Shown here: positions 58,256 through 64,000 of the stretch, in pieces
How positions within the stretch are numbered: position 1 is the stretch's first letter
Layout of the letters: every line of letters starts with the position of its first letter
Assembly: GCA_046485045.1 (NCBI GenBank)
Contig: JAWOHT010000200.1
Location: forward strand, 40,213 to 104,212
Reading direction: 5' to 3'
Source: Bacteroidales bacterium
GTDB taxonomy: Bacteria; Bacteroidota; Bacteroidia; Bacteroidales; UBA10428
Length of the DNA stretch: 64,000 nucleotides
Notes under the pieces: generated by a model
Seen by the model: only the letters and a program-made list of their open reading frames with translations
Told to the model about the DNA's origin: nothing
The model's database searches: none
Translations under genes and position numbers: made by a program

Positions 58256-58946
58256 TATTAGAAAAATCAAGAATTGTTGTTTTGGCCGGTAACCTAAACC
58301 TGAGATAATGTATCTTTTTACCCATTTTCAGGTATTGATTTTCGTAGAATGTTTGTATTTGTGCAGCCTCACAATCTGGGTGTGCCGTATACAGGTCATC
58401 TGTATTAAATTCTATCGGAAGGTTATTGAAAAGGGCAACCCGAAGGGTATAATTGTATAAGTCCTGGTTATCGGTTTTGAGGTGGATTATTCCGTTATTT
58501 TTCAAAAAAGTTCTGTATAAGTTCAGAAAAACCGGTGAAGAAAGTCTTTTTCTTTTTTTCTTGGGCTGCGGGTCGGGAAATGTAAGCCATATTTCACTTA
58601 TTTCATCCTCTTCAAAAAATGAGCGGGTAAATTCAATCCTTGTTCGAAGGAAAGCTGAATTGTGAATATTTTCTTCAAGAGCGGTTTTTGCGCCACGCCA
58701 AATCCTGGCTCCTTTGATGTCTACCCCGATAAAATTTACCTGGGGATATTTCCTGGCAAGTCCGATGGTAAATTCTCCCTTACCGCACCCAAGTTCTACT
58801 GTTAACGGGAGGTTGTTCTCAAATATCTGCTCAGACCATTTGCCTTTTAATGCATGATTTTCTCCGAAAATGTCTTTAAATCCCGACTGGATAACATTTT
58901 TAAAGGTTTTTAATTCGGCAAAGTGCGCAAGCTTCTTTTTGGGCAT
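58248..58946 (-). CDS. trmB: tRNA (guanine46-N7)-methyltransferase
   Basis: 232-aa ORF with the SAM motif VELGCGKGEF, FPDPQPKKKRKR and a typical TrmB C-terminal part. Confidence 0.9.
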   Translation of the reverse strand: MPKKKLAHFAELKTFKNVIQSGFKDIFGENHALKGKWSEQIFENNLPLTVELGCGKGEFTIGLARKYPQVNFIGVDIKGARIWRGAKTALEENIHNSAFLRTRIEFTRSFFEEDEISEIWLTFPDPQPKKKRKRLSSPVFLNLYRTFLKNNGIIHLKTDNQDLYNYTLRVALFNNLPIEFNTDDLYTAHPDCEAAQIQTFYENQYLKMGKKIHYLRFRLPAKTTILDFSNNE

Positions 58947-58959
58947 AAATAAGGCGATT

Positions 58960-59436
58960 TTAATTCAGCGTTTCTACCCTTATGCCAATATCGCTGATCC
59001 CTTCCAGGTTCTGGTCCCACATTCCGTGTTGCAGGTTAAAGGTATAAATTCCCCTGAAGGGAAATTTTATGTTTCTTTTGTATGGTACCTGTAAACTGTA
59101 AATACTACCTGCCCCTTTTCCATACCATCTTCCCGATTCATCGGCAAGTTGTATCTCGAATGTATCTTTTAACTGGTTTCCGTTTGGGGCAAAAGTGGTG
59201 ATAAACAAAAAGATATTGCTATAAGGATAATCAGAAGATGTGCGGATGTTCAGGTAAATGTCATGCGGTCTTGTGGTATCGGCAATATTTGCATCAAATA
59301 GCAGGGTGTCTTTAAAGTTCCATGAGAAATCTTTGAATGCCACATTTCTCTCGAAAGTCACCCTGTTTTTACATGAAACCAGGCATAAAACAATTCCTGT
59401 TATAAGTATTATAATGGTCTTTCTCATTAATTTCAT
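58960..59436 (-). CDS. gldH: Gliding motility lipoprotein GldH
   Basis: 158-aa ORF with the lipobox LCLVSCK. The segments RPHDIYLNIRTSSDYPYSNIFLFI and DESGRWYGKG match my recollection of the GldH family. It is next to the PSP1 and holB genes, an arrangement I recall from other Bacteroidetes (unverified). Confidence 0.8.
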   Translation of the reverse strand: MKLMRKTIIILITGIVLCLVSCKNRVTFERNVAFKDFSWNFKDTLLFDANIADTTRPHDIYLNIRTSSDYPYSNIFLFITTFAPNGNQLKDTFEIQLADESGRWYGKGAGSIYSLQVPYKRNIKFPFRGIYTFNLQHGMWDQNLEGISDIGIRVETLN

Positions 59437-59440
59437 TGAT

Positions 59441-60589
59441 TTATCTTCTTCTTCTCTTTATATGTATCTGTTTATTTGCTTTCCTGGGGGTCTCGGAAAT
59501 CTTATCCTCGAACCTGGTTAAGCTTTCTTCTGAACCGACATTCACATATTCAAGCATTGATTTTACATCAACGTTTTCAACACTTTCGAGTTTTTTTACC
59601 TTTATTCCCTTTTTGTTGAGTTCAATAATTTCTTTCACCTTTTCAACCGACAGACAGGCAATATTCATTGGGGTATGCAGGTCGTATGAAAACCACATCA
59701 ACCGTTTGAAAACATCAGTTTTTTGATGGTAGGCAGGTCCTGCTTCGGTTTGAAGCGGCAGGTCGGTATCGGGAAAATCTTCCTGGGCATCAAGGTATGC
59801 ATCTACTTCATAATTAAGGCAGCATTTAAGTTTACCACATTGCCCGGCAAGTTTTTGCGGATTTAGCGATACACCCTGAAAACGGGCCGAGTTGGTGGTT
59901 ACCGAGACAAAATTTGAGATACAGGTAGAACAACACAATTCGCGGCCACAGGCACCAATACCGCCAATTCTGCCTGCTTCCTGTCTTGCGCCTATTTGCT
60001 TCATTTCTATCCTGATATGAAAACGTTCGGCAAGCTTTTTAATTAACTCCCTGAAGTCAACCCTGTCATCGGCTATGTAATAAAATATGGCTTTGGTACC
60101 ATCGCCCTGATATTCCACATCGCCGATCTTCATGTCGAGGTTGAGGCTCACAGCAATTTTGCGCGACTCGATCATAGTAGTGTGCTCAGCGGTTATGGCG
60201 GCCCGCCATTTATCAATGTCTGTAGGTTTGGCCTTCCGGTAGATTTTTTTAAGGTCATTTTCATCCAGCTTCACGTTTGACTTTTTCGTCTGTTCCTTTA
60301 CAAGAAAACCTGTGAGCGATACAATGCCAATGTCGTGGCCTGGTGAAGATTCCACAGCCACTATATCTCCAACTTTCAGCTTAAGTGTGTTGTTGGTTTT
60401 GTAATAGCCTTTTCGCGTGTTCTTAAAACGAACTTCAACAATGTCGCATTGTTGATAATCTTCAGGAATATCTTTAAGATAGTTGTAAGTATCAAGTTTA
60501 TAGCATCCGGTATTCTCACAAAATGTTATCTCGTTCGACGCGGTCATCAGGGATGAACATCCCCTTCCGTTTTGTCCACATTTACTCAT
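59441..60589 (-). CDS. PSP1 domain protein (RicT/YaaT-like)
   Basis: A start at MSKCGQNG (60589) is preferred. It has an N-terminal Cys cluster (CGQNGRGCSS) and a PSP1 C-terminal region with GGIGACGRELCCSTC and CGKLKCCLNYE. Confidence 0.8.
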   Translation of the reverse strand: MSKCGQNGRGCSSLMTASNEITFCENTGCYKLDTYNYLKDIPEDYQQCDIVEVRFKNTRKGYYKTNNTLKLKVGDIVAVESSPGHDIGIVSLTGFLVKEQTKKSNVKLDENDLKKIYRKAKPTDIDKWRAAITAEHTTMIESRKIAVSLNLDMKIGDVEYQGDGTKAIFYYIADDRVDFRELIKKLAERFHIRIEMKQIGARQEAGRIGGIGACGRELCCSTCISNFVSVTTNSARFQGVSLNPQKLAGQCGKLKCCLNYEVDAYLDAQEDFPDTDLPLQTEAGPAYHQKTDVFKRLMWFSYDLHTPMNIACLSVEKVKEIIELNKKGIKVKKLESVENVDVKSMLEYVNVGSEESLTRFEDKISETPRKANKQIHIKRRRR

Positions 60590-60666
60590 TGTAATATATA
60601 TTTTATCTGTCGGCTGAAAATGAAATACAATCACGCCGGTTTGCAAAAATAACCTTTTTTTTAATA

Positions 60667-61794
60667 TCAGTTTTTCAGGCAGGAAGAAAGCTTTATCCCA
60701 AGGTCAAGAAATATTATTTTATCGTAACCGTTGGCTTCAATATCGCGGTAGGCAAGGTTAAAGAGATTGTATATTTTCTTGATATTTCGCTGGTTGATAA
60801 AAGGATGGAACCTTTCTGAAAAATTCAGCTCATCATCAGTAAGGTAGGTGATCTCAGGCTGTTTTAGGTTTAAAACAAAATTTTGTCTTACAAGGTTCAG
60901 CGCGTATTCGATAAACCGCTTTTGCTGTTCCCGCCCGATATCAGATAAATCATCCGTCATTTTTAAAAGCGATATTGCCTTACCCGTGTATGCAGCCCTC
61001 ATGTATTCTCCGAACATATCAAAAAAATATTTCATCTCAACGCTTGAATTAATGAGGTCCAGCGCCCGCTGGTAATTACCGTTCGAAAGGTGCAGCAGGT
61101 TCTCAACACGGGCTTGGGGCAGTTGGTGCATTTCAGCAAGCACTTTTCCAAGATCGTTATCATTTATCCCCGGAACTTTGATAATCTGTACCCTTGAGAG
61201 AATGGTCGGGAGAATTTCATGTATTGAGTCAGCCACCATTAATAAAATGGTGTTATCGGGAGGTTCTTCTATCAGCTTAAGCAAGGTGTTTGCGCATGAT
61301 GGGTTCATTTTTTCAGGCAGCCAGATAATCATTATTTTGTAATCTGATTCGAAAGGCTTCAGGCTCAGTTTTTTCAAAATGTGCCTGCTTTCCTCCCTGC
61401 CAATAAGACCCTGTTTGTTTTCGATTTCAATAAACTCATACCATTGTGCCTCGCGCATATACGGGTTCTGTAACAAACAATTTCTCCATTCATTGACATA
61501 ATCGCTGCTCACCGGGTCTTTGACAACCCTTTTGCTTGTGCTGACAGGATACACAAAATGAAGGTCGGGATGGATAAACTTGTTGTATTTGTGACAACTC
61601 GTGCATGTACCGCAAGAATCATCCCCGGCTCTGTTCAAACAACTGATATATTGTGCATACGCCACTGCAAGCGGGAGGGTGCCACTGCCTTCGGGCCCGT
61701 GAAAAAGCAATGCATGTGCAATACGATTGTCTTTTACCGTTTGCAGCAGGTTTTCTTTTATACTTCTTTGTCCGATTATATCTTTAAACTGCAT
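60667..61794 (-). CDS. holB: DNA polymerase III subunit delta-prime
   Basis: A start at MQFKDIIGQ (61794) is preferred. It has the AAA+ clamp-loader motifs HALLFHGPEGSG and a zinc module CGTCTSCHKY, plus SRVQ (SRC-like). Confidence 0.85.
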   Translation of the reverse strand: MQFKDIIGQRSIKENLLQTVKDNRIAHALLFHGPEGSGTLPLAVAYAQYISCLNRAGDDSCGTCTSCHKYNKFIHPDLHFVYPVSTSKRVVKDPVSSDYVNEWRNCLLQNPYMREAQWYEFIEIENKQGLIGREESRHILKKLSLKPFESDYKIMIIWLPEKMNPSCANTLLKLIEEPPDNTILLMVADSIHEILPTILSRVQIIKVPGINDNDLGKVLAEMHQLPQARVENLLHLSNGNYQRALDLINSSVEMKYFFDMFGEYMRAAYTGKAISLLKMTDDLSDIGREQQKRFIEYALNLVRQNFVLNLKQPEITYLTDDELNFSERFHPFINQRNIKKIYNLFNLAYRDIEANGYDKIIFLDLGIKLSSCLKN

Positions 61795-61800
61795 ACTGGG

Positions 61801-61808
61801 CAAAAGTA
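61801..61808 (-). promoter_or_regulatory. Candidate -7 box (TACTTTTG) just upstream of the holB ATG
   Basis: The plus-strand caaaagta reads TACTTTTG on the minus strand, an exact TAnnTTTG match. It lies only 7 nt from the ATG at 61794, which would imply a leaderless or near-leaderless transcript. This is weak evidence. Confidence 0.25.
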
Positions 61809-61968
61809 AAAAAATAGAACATATTTTTAAGCAAAGTAAAACATTTTTAAACGGGTAATGCCATTTCTCAAAAGAGATTAAAACCACTTATGCAGTGACA
61901 CCTGTCTTATTGCGGGGAAAAATCAATCATTTAAAAATGTTTTATTTATAGATTTTAATCATTTGTAT

Positions 61969-61976
61969 TAACTTTG
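61969..61976 (+). promoter_or_regulatory. Candidate -7 promoter box (TAACTTTG) for pgk
   Basis: Exact TAnnTTTG match 32 nt upstream of the pgk ATG. Confidence 0.4.
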
Positions 61977-62007
61977 TGATTTCTTTAACAAAACATACTT
62001 TATTACC

Positions 62008-63270
62008 ATGCAGACTATTGATAAATACAATTTTAAGGGCAAACGTGCCATCATCCGAGTTGATTTTAATGTGCCACTCAACAAGCAGACCTTCGAGGTT
62101 ACCGATGACACCCGGATAAAGGGTGCGCTGGCAACCATTAAAAAGGTGCTTGCAGACGGTGGTTCAGCAATCCTGATGTCACACCTGGGGCGTCCTGACG
62201 GAAAGGTGCAGGATAAGTTCTCTTTAAAACACATCGTTACGGCAGTAGAAAAAGTAATTGGTGAACCCGTAAAATTTGCCGGTGACTGTATTGGAGAAAA
62301 AGCAAAAAATATGGCTGCTTCACTTCAGCCGGGAGAGGTAATGCTTCTTGAAAACCTTCGTTTTTATGAAGAAGAAGAGGGCAAACCTTATCATCTTGGT
62401 GAAAATCCTACCGACGAAGAAAAGAAATCCGGCAAAGCTAAAGTTAAAGAGAGCCAGAAGGAGTTTGTTAAAAAACTGGCCGGTTATGCCAACTGCTATG
62501 TAAACGATGCCTTTGGTACAGCCCACCGTGCACATGCCTCTACGGCGCTTATTGCATCTTATTTTCCTAACGACAGCATGTTCGGGTTTCTGATTGAAGC
62601 CGAACTCAAAGCTATTGACAAAGTGCTGAAGAAAGCAGAGAAACCCTTCACTGCCATCATGGGCGGGGCAAAGGTTTCTGATAAAATCTTTATTATTGAA
62701 AACCTGCTCGACCGTGTTGACAACCTAATCATCGGTGGTGGCATGACCTATACCTTTGTAAAAGCCAAAGGGGGCAAAATTGGAAAATCGCTTTGTGAGG
62801 AGGATAAATTAGACCTTGCACTTAACCTGCTGAAGAAAGCCGAAGAGAAGAATGTAAAGGTATATTTACCTGTAGATGCAATAAATGCCGATGCATTTGA
62901 TGCAAATGCCAATACCGGCAAATCAAAAATTGATGAAACACCCGATGGATGGATGGGCCTGGATATTGGGGATGATACAATTAAGCTGTTTTCTGAAGTT
63001 ATTGAAAATTCCAAAACCATACTTTGGAACGGACCGATGGGAGTATTCGAAATGGAGAAGTTTGCCCGGGGTACCTCGGCCATTGCACAGGCCATTGCCA
63101 AGGCAACAGATAAAGGCGCCTATAGTCTTATTGGCGGAGGCGATTCGGTAGCTGCAATCAATAAAAACAAGCTTGCCGACAAGGTAAGTTATGTTTCAAC
63201 CGGTGGCGGTGCCATGCTCGAATACATGGAAGGCAAAGAACTTCCCGGCATAAAAGCTATTCAGGGATAA
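62008..63270 (+). CDS. pgk: Phosphoglycerate kinase
   Basis: 420-aa ORF with [27 protein letters not shown] and STGGGA motifs. Confidence 0.95.
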   Translation: MQTIDKYNFKGKRAIIRVDFNVPLNKQTFEVTDDTRIKGALATIKKVLADGGSAILMSHLGRPDGKVQDKFSLKHIVTAVEKVIGEPVKFAGDCIGEKAKNMAASLQPGEVMLLENLRFYEEEEGKPYHLGENPTDEEKKSGKAKVKESQKEFVKKLAGYANCYVNDAFGTAHRAHASTALIASYFPNDSMFGFLIEAELKAIDKVLKKAEKPFTAIMGGAKVSDKIFIIENLLDRVDNLIIGGGMTYTFVKAKGGKIGKSLCEEDKLDLALNLLKKAEEKNVKVYLPVDAINADAFDANANTGKSKIDETPDGWMGLDIGDDTIKLFSEVIENSKTILWNGPMGVFEMEKFARGTSAIAQAIAKATDKGAYSLIGGGDSVAAINKNKLADKVSYVSTGGGAMLEYMEGKELPGIKAIQG

Positions 63271-63298
63271 CCTAATTGTAACGCCAGTTTGTTTTTAG

Positions 63299-63345
63299 GC
63301 TCGTTTTAGCTATTTTTATAGCCTGAAACGAGCTTTAATATTTTT
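63299..63345 (+). terminator. Putative intrinsic terminator after pgk
   Basis: The stem is gctcgttt (63299-63306) paired with aaacgagc (63326-63333), followed by the T-rich tttaatattttt. The loop is long (19 nt), so confidence is moderate. Confidence 0.4.
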
Positions 63346-63361
63346 AACCCGAGATTAGCAT

Positions 63362-64000
63362 ATGAACATTAATAAAATTACCATTATCGGTGGTGGAAAC
63401 CTGGGTACTGCCATTGCAAAAGGCCTCCTCAAACTTAAAAAGTATAGCGTGGAGGATATTCTTATTACCGAAAAAAGACAATTACGGCTCCGTTTTCTTC
63501 AGGAAAATGGTTTTAATGTCACCGGCGAACCGAACAATAGCGCTATAAAGAAAGCAGACATTGTAATTGTTGCGGTAAAACCACAACAGATTTTTGAGGT
63601 GCTTCAAGAAATCAAAGACAGTTTTGATAAAAGCAGGCAGATTCTGGTATCTACTGTAACAGGCATTAATCTTTCTGATCTTGAAAAACATATGGGTACA
63701 GTACCCCTCGTACGCATTATGCCAAACACTGCCATCGAAATCCTTGAATCAATGACCTGTCTGTCGTATGCCAATACAAATAATACACAGGAAGAAGCCA
63801 TTCTTCAATTGTTTCAGCAAATGGGAAATGCAATGGTCATCCAGGAAGAGCTTATGGCCGCGGTAACTGTTTTGGGTGCATGTGGCGTAGCTTTTGCGCT
63901 TAGGTTTATCAGGGCAGCAACCCAGGGCGGCATTGAAATCGGTTTCGGGGCCGAAATTTCGCAGCTTATTGCAGCACAGACGGTAAAGGGCGCAGCACAG
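63362..64000 (+). CDS. proC: Pyrroline-5-carboxylate reductase (3'-truncated by the window edge)
   Basis: This frame is open from the ATG at 63362 to the window end (213 codons) and is not in the ORF track because it has no stop. It has a Rossmann N-terminus ITIIGGGNLGTAIAKG, IVIVAVKPQ, VRIMPNTA and a C-terminal dimerisation-domain pattern. Confidence 0.85.
   Translation, partial: MNINKITIIGGGNLGTAIAKGLLKLKKYSVEDILITEKRQLRLRFLQENGFNVTGEPNNSAIKKADIVIVAVKPQQIFEVLQEIKDSFDKSRQILVSTVTGINLSDLEKHMGTVPLVRIMPNTAIEILESMTCLSYANTNNTQEEAILQLFQQMGNAMVIQEELMAAVTVLGACGVAFALRFIRAATQGGIEIGFGAEISQLIAAQTVKGAAQ

Overview
This is an AT-rich chromosomal segment from a Bacteroidota bacterium. It has Bacteroidetes-type TAnnTTTG -7 boxes, and many genes belong to the type IX secretion / gliding apparatus. 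It is densely coding: about 48 CDS, including one partial at the 3' edge. I found no rRNA, tRNA, CRISPR array, transposase or integrase. Housekeeping genes: PBP1A, topA, manC, mlaEF-like ABC, fabH, an SDR, yihY-like, nadC, rlmH, rluB, glmM, ald, tsaE, NifU/Mrp, trmB, holB, pgk, proC. T9SS/gliding loci are unusually concentrated. They are porP-gldK-gldL-gldM-gldN (6.6-12.5 kb); a type-B-CTD giant cargo with its own PorP/SprF-like protein and a PD40+PKD protein (30.5-37.0 kb); sprE(porW)-porX (52.1-56.4 kb); and gldH (59 kb). The parts worth a second look are these. (1) A self-contained three-gene envelope operon of unknown function at 15.7-21.7 kb, encoding a membrane-anchored beta-propeller protein, a lipoprotein and a FadL/PorV-like barrel. 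(2) An arginase-fold protein with three degenerate Mn ligands, wedged between topA and porP. (3) The 1366-aa cargo, with a Gly-rich solenoid-like region and six Cys-containing repeats. (4) A secreted unknown protein paired with a propeller/Y_Y_Y/PP2C transmembrane sensor phosphatase. (5) A 1223-aa, roughly 12-TM orphan NtrY-like histidine kinase. All family assignments come from reading motifs in the supplied translations. No database search was run.
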